From: a virus
Virus record (IMG/VR): IMGVR_UViG_3300042518_001429
Coordinates: 1 to 64,000 of that record
Length of the DNA stretch: 64,000 bases
Reading direction: 5' to 3' (one strand)
A program made the translations under genes and the position numbers. The notes below the pieces were generated by a model that saw only the letters and a program-made list of their open reading frames with translations, had not been told where the DNA came from and did no database searches. This document shows, one piece after another, positions 6,742-15,945 of the stretch; position 1 is the stretch's first letter, and each line of letters begins with the position of its first letter.

Positions 6742-9435
6742 ATGCCATACACAAGAGAATCAGGCTATCTACAGAACATGGTCGAAAATGGAATTACGTT
6801 TTCTGACCGTGATAGAGATGCTGTAGAAAAATTACGAGTATCTAATCCGCAAAGTCTTATCGATACAGACTTTGAGTATTCTTTGCAAAATACAAAATGG
6901 GAATTCTTAACTCTCTGTAATAACTATCCAGGGGTATATGCAAGAGCTAATGAACCAGCATTTACTTCAAATCAAATAACTTCTATACTACCCTCAGGCA
7001 TTGGTAATAGATCAGTAACTGTAACAGTAAATGAATTGCCTCGTTCTCCTTTCAAAATAGGGGATTCTGTAGTGTTAAAAGAAACAGCTAACACCACTTA
7101 CGTAGATGGGGCTTATATTATAACAGCAGTATTATCTCAATATTCTTTTCAAGTAGTTACTAAATCTCCTGCAGCATTAGTAGGTGATCAAAAAACGCAA
7201 TATACTGCACTCTACACTGGTGGCTTCTATACAAATGCCAATATACCTATTGTTGGTGTATCTTCAATTGCTGGAACGAGTGCAGCGTTAATTCAATTTG
7301 CAAACCCTCATAACCTTTATATAGGAACCCCTCTCACAGTGGTTGACTATAGACTATCAGCTGTTCCTTGGTCGGGTAGTTTTGAAGTATCTGCGGTAAG
7401 AGATGATTATAGAGTTATCTATCAGACTTTAACTGGTTCTAATTATTCAACATCAACTCTATTAGTGCCTGCAACAGGGGCAGTATATGCCAGAACCGAA
7501 GGTGTAGCGGTTCATAGATTCTTTGACGGTGGTGTACAAATTAATCCAGGTACCTCAGCTCCTAATGCTCGCATAATGCGTCAAACCAGAAAGTACTTTA
7601 AGTATCAGTCTGGTAAATCAATGCAATTTTCAACCGGTGTCTTGTTTAGACCGGTTTATGAAGTTACTAATGCTTATATTGACAAAACCCTTTATACTGC
7701 TAATTCTGCCACCTACCCTTACTACGACTTCGTTATATCAACAGAACAATATCATGGCTTTGCTGCTCCTGACTCCCATAAACAAGGGGTAACCATAAAA
7801 ACATTTGGCTTTGTATTATCTTCAAATGAAACTAATCCATATAATAAGACATTTGTTGTTAATAAAGTTTTAAATTCTAAAACCTTTAGTGTACAAATTC
7901 CGGTAAATGCTCAATTTAATCCTTTCCCAACAACAGACTTATCTCCCGGTGGTATTGCTTACGTGGAAGTACAAAATTGGAATGATGCCACAGTAAGAAC
8001 AGGTCTTTTTGATGATCAGAACGGAATGTTTTTTGAATATGATGGTAAACAATTTTATGCTGTAAAACGACAAACTACAACACCTCTAGCAGGAACAGTA
8101 AGAGTTGTAAATGGTTCTCCTTGGATTGTAAGTAGTGATGGATTTACTAAGTTTAAAACACAATTAGACGAAAATAATTTTATATCAATACAAGGAATGT
8201 CTTATCAGGTAGGATCAATTGTTAATAATTTATCAGCTACTGTAACCCCTGTTTATCGTGGTCAGAATGCTACAGGTTTAAAAGTTATAAAAACAGAAGA
8301 ATTGAGAATACCTCAATCTGAATTTAATCTTGATAAACTTGATGGCGCAGGGCCTTCTGGTTATGTACTCAATCTCAATAAAATGCAGATGATGTTTATT
8401 GATTACTCCTGGTACGGTGCCGGGAAGATCCGTTATGGTATCAGAGCTGTAAATGGTAAGATAATTTACTTTCACGAAATTTATAATAACAACGTAAATA
8501 TTAAGGCTCACATGCGTTCAGGTAACCTTCCCGGACGTTTTGAAATATCTAGTATTTCAAAGACCGGTACCTTCCTAACAGCTATAAGTTCAAACTCTAC
8601 ATCAGGTTTAATATCTCAAACCGACGCTAATATGCTACCACCTAAAGGCCGTATTGTTATAAATAACGAATACATAAACTATACAAAAGGTAGCACACAA
8701 TCAGGAGGAATAGTTCTAAACTTTAATCAAAGAAATGTCGGGGGTTTAACCTCAGGTGCTAAAAATCATAATGCTGGGGATCAATATGCTTCTTATAATC
8801 AAAACTGTTCACCTGCTTTAAGTCACTGGGGTGTAGCAGCGTTGATGGACGGAGAGTTTAACGAGGATAAGTCTTATCTTTTTACGGGGTCTAATCAAAC
8901 CTCCCTAACTGCAATGTCAGCAGATAAAGCTTTATTGTCTGTTCGTCTAGCACCTTCTGTTGACTATGGTATTATAGGTAAACTCGGTGAAAGAAGCTTA
9001 GTAAATCATTCCACCCTTAAACCACAAACTATAGGCATTGTCACTAACAATCCCTTACAAATTAATGTAAGAGTTAATTGCGAGCCACAAACTTTATTTA
9101 AGAATTTATCAGCCTGGAATTTTGTAGCCAATGGAAGTATAGCACAATACTATGACCATTCTGTTGATGGTTCGTTTGAAGTGGAGGGCACCGGTGGAGA
9201 TCTCATTGCTTCGTTCTTTGTATCTCCGGAGTCTCCTATTAATTCTAACTATCAAACATGCAAAGACTTTAACATTGAAGTTGTACGAGAGTTAACAAAC
9301 AGTATTCTCGGCGGGGATTTCCCTTTTCCGGATGGCCCCGACGTCGTAACAATTAGTGTCAAAACATTAGATGGCGGTTTAAACTATAATGCTGTATGTC
9401 GGGCTAGAATGTCTTGGACTGAAGATCAAGGCTAA
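6742..9435 (+). CDS. large virion structural protein (paralog of 32216..34186)
   Basis: ATG at 6742 preferred over GTG 6652, which lies in the ribozyme P9 hairpin; RQTRKYFKYQSGKS and DKLDGAGPSG...IDYSWYGAGKIRYG motifs shared with 32216..34186. Confidence 0.8.
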   Translation: MPYTRESGYLQNMVENGITFSDRDRDAVEKLRVSNPQSLIDTDFEYSLQNTKWEFLTLCNNYPGVYARANEPAFTSNQITSILPSGIGNRSVTVTVNELPRSPFKIGDSVVLKETANTTYVDGAYIITAVLSQYSFQVVTKSPAALVGDQKTQYTALYTGGFYTNANIPIVGVSSIAGTSAALIQFANPHNLYIGTPLTVVDYRLSAVPWSGSFEVSAVRDDYRVIYQTLTGSNYSTSTLLVPATGAVYARTEGVAVHRFFDGGVQINPGTSAPNARIMRQTRKYFKYQSGKSMQFSTGVLFRPVYEVTNAYIDKTLYTANSATYPYYDFVISTEQYHGFAAPDSHKQGVTIKTFGFVLSSNETNPYNKTFVVNKVLNSKTFSVQIPVNAQFNPFPTTDLSPGGIAYVEVQNWNDATVRTGLFDDQNGMFFEYDGKQFYAVKRQTTTPLAGTVRVVNGSPWIVSSDGFTKFKTQLDENNFISIQGMSYQVGSIVNNLSATVTPVYRGQNATGLKVIKTEELRIPQSEFNLDKLDGAGPSGYVLNLNKMQMMFIDYSWYGAGKIRYGIRAVNGKIIYFHEIYNNNVNIKAHMRSGNLPGRFEISSISKTGTFLTAISSNSTSGLISQTDANMLPPKGRIVINNEYINYTKGSTQSGGIVLNFNQRNVGGLTSGAKNHNAGDQYASYNQNCSPALSHWGVAALMDGEFNEDKSYLFTGSNQTSLTAMSADKALLSVRLAPSVDYGIIGKLGERSLVNHSTLKPQTIGIVTNNPLQINVRVNCEPQTLFKNLSAWNFVANGSIAQYYDHSVDGSFEVEGTGGDLIASFFVSPESPINSNYQTCKDFNIEVVRELTNSILGGDFPFPDGPDVVTISVKTLDGGLNYNAVCRARMSWTEDQG

Positions 9436-9452
9436 TCCCATAAATACTATTG

Positions 9453-9914
9453 ATGAATGTTCCTTTTTTACAGGACACTACTTTTACGGGTTTAATTAGC
9501 ACTAAGAATTATAAGACTTCTCAGGAATGGTCCCAGGCTTATAGTCTTATACAAGCTAATTCTGCAACCTGGGAAGAATCAGCCGATATACTTCCTACAG
9601 TTACAAATTATCTTTCAACAAATAGGGTACAAATATCTGCTTTAACTATTACAAATACTTTTTCAGGTATTAATAGTTTAACAGTATTTGGCAATATTTC
9701 AGCTTCTAGCACAGTATACGCTCAAGAAGGTAATTCAAGTAATTGGAATTCTGCCTATCAGCAAACTTCAGCATCTGATCTTGTACGAAGTAATACAACA
9801 TTTGAAACCCCAACTACCGGACTTTCAACTATTCAAAATATTGTTTCACTATCTTTAGAAACTTATAACAATTTAACCGTTAAATTACCCGGCACCCTAT
9901 ACGTAGTAGTCTAA
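9453..9914 (+). CDS. short fibre-like structural protein
   Basis: TAAATA 6 nt upstream of ATG; WEESADILPTVTNYLST module shared with 62423..63571; C-terminal Y..L..K.PGTLYVV motif. Confidence 0.7.
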   Translation: MNVPFLQDTTFTGLISTKNYKTSQEWSQAYSLIQANSATWEESADILPTVTNYLSTNRVQISALTITNTFSGINSLTVFGNISASSTVYAQEGNSSNWNSAYQQTSASDLVRSNTTFETPTTGLSTIQNIVSLSLETYNNLTVKLPGTLYVVV

Positions 9915-9915
9915 T

Positions 9916-11331
9916 ATGCTATTAACAGATAACAATTATTACCTTGACAATGAGCCAGTTCTTCGTCTTTATAAAGATGATAAACTAGTCTTTCCTGAAC
10001 GAAATTACCCTGTAACCCTTACTATAGATACAAGTAAAACGGCTCCTACCGATCAGTTTTTTATAGGTACACTAAATAATACTGTTTATAATTTTTTAGT
10101 TGATTGGGGTGATAATATCGTAGAAAATCTTACCGCTACTAGCACTGGTGCATTGCCATTCACTCATACTTACCCAGTATCAAATCAACTTTATAATGTT
10201 TATATATCTGGTGCACCTCTTTCCGGGTTTCCATATATGGGTTTTGCCTCTGTTAATGTAAGAGAAAGGGTGATAAAAGCTATTATAAACGACGATAACC
10301 ATTTTACTCAGTTTAATACTACTTTTCAAGGGTGTATAAATTTAAGAAAATTTACAGCAGGTGTATTTCCAAGCGCGGTTAACTTTGCAACTGCATGGCA
10401 AAATTGTTCTTCGCTAACAGAATTTCCTGCTATTAGTAGTCTAAGAGGTACTAGTTTTTCTCAAACATGGCGGGGATGTACAAGTTTGCAAAGCTTTCCC
10501 TTGATAGAAATTCCTGATACAGCTACGAATATCGCAGGGGCGTGGTTTGGTTGCACTTCTCTTACTTCATTTCCTGCTATAAATTTTAAAAATGTTGTAA
10601 CTTTTAGTATAGGTAGTGCTATAGGTACCTGGCAAAACTGTAGTTCATTAACAACATTTCCAAAGATTACATGTAATAGTGCTAATAATATTGCATCAGC
10701 CTGGGTAAATTGTACTTCTTTATTATCATTTCCGGATATAGAATTTGGAGGTTCAAGCTTGACCCTCACCAACACTTGGGGTAATTGCAGATCTTTAAGA
10801 AACTTTCCAAATTTAAATTTAAGTCGTGCAATTACTCTTATTTCTACTTGGCAAGGTTGCGTTTCTCTCACTTCATTTCCGCCTTTAAATTTATCTGCAG
10901 GTACTAATTTTTCTAGCGCCTGGAATAGCTGTTCATCCCTTAACACTTTCCCTCTTATTACCTGTATAAATGCTACTACATTAGGAAATGCTTGGTTGAG
11001 TTGTTTGTCTCTAACCTCTTTTCCTCCTATTAGTTGCCCAAATGTAACTAATTTTAGTAACACGTGGAGTAACTGTATATCATTATCGGTCTTTGAATTT
11101 AATATAGATACATTTTCAAAAGTAGCAACTACAGGTGGCACTAATTGTTTTTTAAATGTTACTCTACCTACACAGACTTGGTCTTCTATACTTACTTCCA
11201 TATCAGCCACAAATACTAACTTAAATGTCACATTTCATGGAGGCAACTCAAAACGTAATGCTGAAGGTACAACCGCTTATGCTTATCTTACAGGCCGAGG
11301 CTGGTCTATAACTGATGGAGGGCCTGAATAA
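9916..11331 (+). CDS. BspA/DUF285-like leucine-rich repeat protein with N-terminal PKD-like domain (putative adhesin/fibre tip)
   Basis: About 10 repeats of W..C.SL..FP.I; VDWGD..HTY PKD-like motif; C-terminal GWSITDGG. Confidence 0.8.
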   Translation: MLLTDNNYYLDNEPVLRLYKDDKLVFPERNYPVTLTIDTSKTAPTDQFFIGTLNNTVYNFLVDWGDNIVENLTATSTGALPFTHTYPVSNQLYNVYISGAPLSGFPYMGFASVNVRERVIKAIINDDNHFTQFNTTFQGCINLRKFTAGVFPSAVNFATAWQNCSSLTEFPAISSLRGTSFSQTWRGCTSLQSFPLIEIPDTATNIAGAWFGCTSLTSFPAINFKNVVTFSIGSAIGTWQNCSSLTTFPKITCNSANNIASAWVNCTSLLSFPDIEFGGSSLTLTNTWGNCRSLRNFPNLNLSRAITLISTWQGCVSLTSFPPLNLSAGTNFSSAWNSCSSLNTFPLITCINATTLGNAWLSCLSLTSFPPISCPNVTNFSNTWSNCISLSVFEFNIDTFSKVATTGGTNCFLNVTLPTQTWSSILTSISATNTNLNVTFHGGNSKRNAEGTTAYAYLTGRGWSITDGGPE

Positions 11332-11339
11332 ATTATTTT

Positions 11340-11555
11340 ATGCCATTCTTAAACTATCCAGAAACTGCTAAATGGGTTGTTGCACATAACGGAAATGATA
11401 TATTTCATCTCTCTGAAGTACAGCCCCAGAATTGCTTTGCTACAGGACAACCATTCTTAGAAGTTTTTAATACCCAAGAAGAGGCTCTAATAGCATTTCC
11501 TCAACTATCAGCTCAATTTGTAGAAGAAACAGAATTATTTGACCTTATCGACTAA
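11340..11555 (+). CDS. small acidic protein following LRR gene (possible fibre accessory)
   Basis: 71-aa ORF directly downstream of the LRR gene. Confidence 0.6.
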   Translation: MPFLNYPETAKWVVAHNGNDIFHLSEVQPQNCFATGQPFLEVFNTQEEALIAFPQLSAQFVEETELFDLID

Positions 11556-11828
11556 GGCAGCCAAGTAAGGAACCAAATCTAGAGCTGTATCGTGCTTGTA
11601 ACCGCCAATGAAGCGAGAGTACTTCTGATCAATAAAGACCGCTAAACCGATACAGGCTAGTTCCTCTTCTGATAAATCTTTATCGGTATATTTCTTCACA
11701 AGAGCTTTTGTAAGAAGCCAAATAGCATCTTCACCCCAGGAATCACTATACTGACCACCTCGTTCTTGCATAGTACTAGCAACCTCTTTTAAAGTTGCTG
11801 TTGCAGCTCGGATAAATTCGTTAGCCAT
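11535..11828 (-). CDS. hypothetical protein, nucleotide-modification-associated/DUF6378-like
   Basis: ERGGQYSDSW ... K.SR ... DTALDLV.Y pattern; ATG overlaps upstream TAA (TAATG). Confidence 0.5.
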   Translation of the reverse strand: MANEFIRAATATLKEVASTMQERGGQYSDSWGEDAIWLLTKALVKKYTDKDLSEEELACIGLAVFIDQKYSRFIGGYKHDTALDLVPYLAALVDKVK

Positions 11829-12094
11829 TAATGACCAAGCCAATTAATGTTCGTAGCAGCCGAGCAGTCCGTAGTATCAAAGAAGAGGGAGTGTGACTGC
11901 CCTCCGGCTTCTACTAGAAAAGATACAATGCGCCGAGGTGTCTTAGAATATGAAACAAGCCTGTTCATTGTTTGCTCATTAACAATCTCATAATTGTTAC
12001 TAAATTGATGTGCAATTTGCTGACGAAGGAAGTCCATAATGTCTTTGCCCCCGACTTGTTCTGGTTTAACTTGGAATATAGTAGGTTCTGCCAT
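11828..12094 (-). CDS. hypothetical protein
   Basis: 88-aa ORF in a minus-strand operon. Confidence 0.7.
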   Translation of the reverse strand: MAEPTIFQVKPEQVGGKDIMDFLRQQIAHQFSNNYEIVNEQTMNRLVSYSKTPRRIVSFLVEAGGQSHSLFFDTTDCSAATNINWLGH

Positions 12095-12107
12095 AATAGT
12101 CTAATTA

Positions 12108-12368
12108 TTAAAAGTTTGATTCGTATTCCACCACAGAATCAACTCGAAAGGATCTCCAAGCTAGCTTTTCTAGATCCCATACCGGAAGAGTATTAGGATT
12201 TTCTTTTTTCTTTTTCTTTTCCTGGCCTTCAATTATTTCTTCCGGATCAGGGAGATAGTCTTCCGATAGAGTACAGACCATTTTACGGATGCTATCATCT
12301 TTTTTTCGAAACTTAATTGTAACGACCTTACTTTTTAAAAGATTAACCAAGTCTTCTTTTGATGTCAT
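12108..12368 (-). CDS. SH3/Sm-like beta-barrel protein (DUF2693/WYL_2-like)
   Basis: F.KKDDSIR.M.CTL ... VWDLEK.AWRSFR.DSV signature. Confidence 0.75.
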   Translation of the reverse strand: MTSKEDLVNLLKSKVVTIKFRKKDDSIRKMVCTLSEDYLPDPEEIIEGQEKKKKKENPNTLPVWDLEKLAWRSFRVDSVVEYESNF

Positions 12369-12374
12369 GCAATC

Positions 12375-12402
12375 ATAATACTATCAAACTAAATATAATC
12401 AA
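12375..12402 (-). promoter_or_regulatory. sigma70-like early promoter TTGATT-N16-TATTAT, ATG 6 nt downstream
   Basis: Read directly on minus strand; same geometry as 12406-12433 and 36207-36234. Confidence 0.6.
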
Positions 12403-12405
12403 CTC

Positions 12406-12433
12406 TTGACTTAAACTCTTTTACCTCTATACT
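12406..12433 (+). promoter_or_regulatory. sigma70-like early promoter TTGACT-N16-TATACT, ATG 6 nt downstream
   Basis: Near-consensus -35/-10 hexamers upstream of RNase H. Confidence 0.65.
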
Positions 12434-12439
12434 AATAGT

Positions 12440-13345
12440 ATGAATAATTTAGTAGTGGATGGTAGTAACGCCCTCTGGCGCACATATTGGATCGCTGAAA
12501 CACGCCATAAACTTGTTAATTCTAAAGGTGTATGGACAGGCCCTATATACCTTTTCCTTAAATCTATAAAGGCTTTACAAGAGAAATTTAAACCTAACAA
12601 CACCTACGTGACGTGGGATAAAAAATTAAAATATCCATCGACGAACTTTCGTAAAGAGCTGGCACCAGAGACGTACAAACAGAATAGAGACGACGATAAG
12701 TCAAAACTCATCCACGAACAACATGATGAGCTTTCTAAATGGCTGACCGTCTTAGGTATTAAGCAGATCTATCCTGGAGTGTTGGAAGCTGACGACATTA
12801 TTGCCTGGCTTTGTAAAGAGAAGCTTCAATCAAGTATTATTGTTTCCGTTGACAAGGACTTACTTCAATTGGTAAATGATTTCTGTCATTACTACAATCC
12901 AATTAAGAAGAAGCTCATTACACCCGCTAACTTTTTAGAAGAGGTAGGAGTTGAGATTATTGAATACAATTACTACAAAGCTCTTCTCGGTGACAAGTCT
13001 GATAACGTTGAAGGCATCCAAGGGTACGGGGTTCAGAGATCAGCCAAGCTTTGCAAAGAAGGCTATAACGGTATCGTTCAAAAGCTATCTGAAGAGGATA
13101 AGCAGAAGTTTGATAAGAATTTAATTCTCACTAATCTAACTGGCTCTTACTATAAAGAGGAAGGCGAGGTTGAGCTCTATCAAGACCAATACGAGAAGCA
13201 GCAGTTAGTTAAAGCTGACATGAAGAAGTTCGAAGAGATGTGCCAAGAGTCTGAGTTTTATTCTTTTGTTAAGGAGATGGACAAGTGGAAGGATACTTTC
13301 TCTAGAGGTCAGTCGCTTGTTGACTTAATCTCCCAGCTCTCCTAA
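12440..13345 (+). CDS. rnh: T4-like RNase H / 5'-3' exonuclease (PIN/FEN fold)
   Basis: LVVDGSN, FRKEL.PETYKQNR, LEADDII, SVDKDLLQL, LGDKSDNVEGI.GYG motifs. Confidence 0.92.
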   Translation: MNNLVVDGSNALWRTYWIAETRHKLVNSKGVWTGPIYLFLKSIKALQEKFKPNNTYVTWDKKLKYPSTNFRKELAPETYKQNRDDDKSKLIHEQHDELSKWLTVLGIKQIYPGVLEADDIIAWLCKEKLQSSIIVSVDKDLLQLVNDFCHYYNPIKKKLITPANFLEEVGVEIIEYNYYKALLGDKSDNVEGIQGYGVQRSAKLCKEGYNGIVQKLSEEDKQKFDKNLILTNLTGSYYKEEGEVELYQDQYEKQQLVKADMKKFEEMCQESEFYSFVKEMDKWKDTFSRGQSLVDLISQLS

Positions 13346-13555
13346 GTCTTCAGGGCCCATCTTTTCTAAGACCATAACTACAAAGTCTTCAATGTCTTCT
13401 TCTGAAGCATACTTAACATCAAAGATCTTAGCAACCGCAGCTGCAAATTCCCAATCATAGTCCATCTTTAGGACTATTCGATCACCTTTATCGATTGCGT
13501 CTGTTATCTCGAGCTTCATTTTTGTACTTCTTCTTTTTACGAGCTCGGCGCTCAT
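13325..13555 (-). CDS. small acidic hypothetical protein
   Basis: 76-aa ORF; start may be the later Met (MKLEIT). Confidence 0.55.
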   Translation of the reverse strand: MSAELVKRRSTKMKLEITDAIDKGDRIVLKMDYDWEFAAAVAKIFDVKYASEEDIEDFVVMVLEKMGPEDLGELGD

Positions 13556-13880
13556 TTATTAGCGCACATTCGTAGGTTTTAACTGAAAGCATTTTTAAGA
13601 ATCGGGCATTATCGAGTATCGATACCCCGTTCACTACTCTTGATTCGGCATAGATGACCTGAGACTCTGACCAATCCGGATAGAGGTAGTGAATGAGTTC
13701 ATGATAAGCTGTTCTTAGCATATCTTTTCTGTGGTCAATTATAACTACATCTTCGTCATATAAGCACCATCCACAGATTTTTAATTTCTTAAAGATGAAG
13801 AATTCAGATGGCTTTCTTCTTACCAAAGACAGACATCTATTATAGACAGATTTAACGTCTTTTTTGGTAAGCCGTTTCAT
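13488..13880 (-). CDS. hypothetical protein with HExxH motif (possible Zn-peptidase-like)
   Basis: TAYHELIHY; late-promoter motif upstream. Confidence 0.55.
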   Translation of the reverse strand: MKRLTKKDVKSVYNRCLSLVRRKPSEFFIFKKLKICGWCLYDEDVVIIDHRKDMLRTAYHELIHYLYPDWSESQVIYAESRVVNGVSILDNARFLKMLSVKTYECALINERRARKKKKYKNEARDNRRNR

Positions 13881-13897
13881 ACTAATATTTATTCTGC

Positions 13898-14629
13898 CTA
13901 TAGGTCAAAGTCTTTTTCAAATCCCTTAAAGGATTGTTTATATGACTTTAAAGATTCATCGTACTTATCTTTGGTGAACTGCCAGTTCCAGGAGAGAGCT
14001 TCGGGCACCTTAAATCCATAGAACTTAAGTACTTGCTTCTGAACACTTAATACATTTTCACCGTTCCAGTTTTGGCCTGTAAGAATGATACCGGCATCAA
14101 TATCTTTAATGACATTGTCTTCTCCTAGAGTGGTGTGTCTACTCTCCAACCAGCAAAGTCGTTCAATAAGACGCTGATACACAGCATTCATCTGACCCCA
14201 GCGAACAGCTCCAAAGAAGATAACAGCTTCAGACTCAAGGAGTTCTTTTACAATCTTCCATAGTTCATCGTCCTTCATGTGGAACGAGGTCCAGCAACGT
14301 AAGCATCCAGAGGGATTCTTGTCTTTATCTTTGAGAGTCGCGGCCTTGACCCCGCAATCATTGTTCTTAAAGGAGACATGGCCCGTACAATCATGAACTG
14401 TCATATGCGCAGCATCCATAAGCAAAGTTCTATCGGACAGCTTTGACTGAATGTACTTTGCCAGCATCATTGACTTTGGCATTTCCTCTTCCTTTAACGA
14501 TTCCGGTCTATTAGAAGTAGAGATGAGAAGTATTTTCTTTTTCTTAGAAAGGTATTCAACAGTTTTATCGAGCTGTTTTTGTTCTGTCTTTTCTAAAAGG
14601 TAGAAGTATTTTTTAAAGTCTGCAGACAT
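13898..14629 (-). CDS. flavodoxin-like NAD(P)H-dependent FMN reductase / iron-sulfur flavoprotein family
   Basis: ILLISTSNR, Cys cluster (C.G...C...CLRCW), DD.L..I...L.ESEAVIFF.AVRWGQ....YQRLIERL. Confidence 0.75.
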   Translation of the reverse strand: MSADFKKYFYLLEKTEQKQLDKTVEYLSKKKKILLISTSNRPESLKEEEMPKSMMLAKYIQSKLSDRTLLMDAAHMTVHDCTGHVSFKNNDCGVKAATLKDKDKNPSGCLRCWTSFHMKDDELWKIVKELLESEAVIFFGAVRWGQMNAVYQRLIERLCWLESRHTTLGEDNVIKDIDAGIILTGQNWNGENVLSVQKQVLKFYGFKVPEALSWNWQFTKDKYDESLKSYKQSFKGFEKDFDL

Positions 14630-14677
14630 ATGTATAGTATTTAACCGAATTATAGATAAATACTATTATAATATCAT

Positions 14678-14956
14678 ATGTACGAAGATCAAAATTTATT
14701 AGGACCGGGAGGCTTTAATCCAGTACCTAAGAAGGTACTACCCTTCCCATTGGAGAACATAGAAGAGCAGTTAGCTGACGTTTACTTTGAGATGGATAAG
14801 ATCCGTAAACGTATTGAAGTTGTCAAGCGCAATAACGTCACTTCATTAACCGAAGTTCGTTTAAAGCAATTAGGTAAGATGCAGTATAAGATTAATACTG
14901 CAATGGGTCTAATCAGAGACCTAACAAAGGACTTGGACAGCTTTTGGATTGATTAA
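14678..14956 (+). CDS. hypothetical coiled-coil protein
   Basis: 92-aa ORF with TAAATA upstream. Confidence 0.65.
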   Translation: MYEDQNLLGPGGFNPVPKKVLPFPLENIEEQLADVYFEMDKIRKRIEVVKRNNVTSLTEVRLKQLGKMQYKINTAMGLIRDLTKDLDSFWID

Positions 14957-15423
14957 GACAGGGAAGTCTTAAATTCAATACTCTCATCTCCAGCCGGTAA
15001 CATTACTTTTTGTAACGGTGTAGTGACCTGTGCAGCAAAGAATTGCATCTTAACAGCATTTACCTGATTGCAGGAACCACATTTAAATCTATTTTCTTGA
15101 TTAAGAGTTATCGGGGTTGTATTGGGCTGTTTACAGTACGCACAGGCTAGTTGGATAGTGAATTTCGAGAGAGCTTCTAACTGTTCATTTACAATCCTAG
15201 CTCCTTCAATGGTATCTTTCCTCTGCAAATAGGTATTAACAATAGCAAAGGCTACAAATTGAATACCGAAAGCTAAAGCAAAGAAGCCCCAAAAGGATCC
15301 AGTAAGAAGGTACCCGCCAAGCCCTACCACAGCTGCTACTACAGCTGTAAAGAGCAAGGAGAGACCTATAATTACAAGAGCAGGACTATTAAGTTGTTTC
15401 AATTTTTGTACTAACTTTTTCAT
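14953..15423 (-). CDS. membrane protein with C-terminal zinc ribbon
   Basis: Two hydrophobic helices followed by CAYC...CGSC. Confidence 0.7.
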   Translation of the reverse strand: MKKLVQKLKQLNSPALVIIGLSLLFTAVVAAVVGLGGYLLTGSFWGFFALAFGIQFVAFAIVNTYLQRKDTIEGARIVNEQLEALSKFTIQLACAYCKQPNTTPITLNQENRFKCGSCNQVNAVKMQFFAAQVTTPLQKVMLPAGDESIEFKTSLS

Positions 15424-15625
15424 AAATTTTATCTGTCTGGCCGTCGACGTAAGTCATAATGTCGAGAGGGTTTAATTGAACCTTTTCAAAGTCCATTCCG
15501 CGCTCTTCACATTTATCGCCAATAAGGTTAATAGCTTCTTCGAGTGCTGACCAACGGCAGAGTTCATATAAGGACATCTGTTCAATATTTGCTTCGGATA
15601 CTTTTTCTTGTGCTTTGTGTTTCAT
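15389..15625 (-). CDS. hypothetical protein
   Basis: 78-aa ORF with TTGACC..TAGATT promoter-like motif upstream. Confidence 0.6.
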   Translation of the reverse strand: MKHKAQEKVSEANIEQMSLYELCRWSALEEAINLIGDKCEERGMDFEKVQLNPLDIMTYVDGQTDKIYEKVSTKIETT

Positions 15626-15658
15626 ACGTTCTGAATCTATAGGATATATTTACAAGGG

Positions 15659-15925
15659 TCAAGAACTTTTTTGAAATGTTTCTATATTTGCTGCCGCTAC
15701 TTCGAATACCTCTTCCGGTATCTGTTCTACAAAGTCTAAAAGTTTAATTGAAAGTCCTTCTGAGAATTCTTCTTTTGTTAAACAGATCTGATAACGATCT
15801 GGAAGTTGCATAAATTCTAGAACTTCAGAGTCTTCTTTTATAAAAAGTATAAAGTCACCTCTCCGATGTTTTGTAAATGCATAGACCCCTCGAGGAAGAG
15901 GTAGTTTGTGTTTCTTTTTGGACAC
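15659..15925 (-). CDS. hypothetical protein
   Basis: 88-aa ORF. Confidence 0.6.
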   Translation of the reverse strand: MSKKKHKLPLPRGVYAFTKHRRGDFILFIKEDSEVLEFMQLPDRYQICLTKEEFSEGLSIKLLDFVEQIPEEVFEVAAANIETFQKSS

Positions 15926-15945
15926 CTATATAGTTTATACTACTT

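Noticed and set aside
10461-11231. 256-aa antisense ORF (and other antisense/overlapping track ORFs such as 1775..2212, 38901..39242, 28869..29228)
   Set aside because: Shadow frames of repetitive or codon-biased genes, with no promoter motif or recognisable features.
15652-15662. 11-mer ACAAGGGTCAA identical to the ribozyme target site (6724-6734)
   Set aside because: It is antisense to the local genes and coincides with a minus-strand -35 box/stop codon. A single 11-mer match is compatible with chance.
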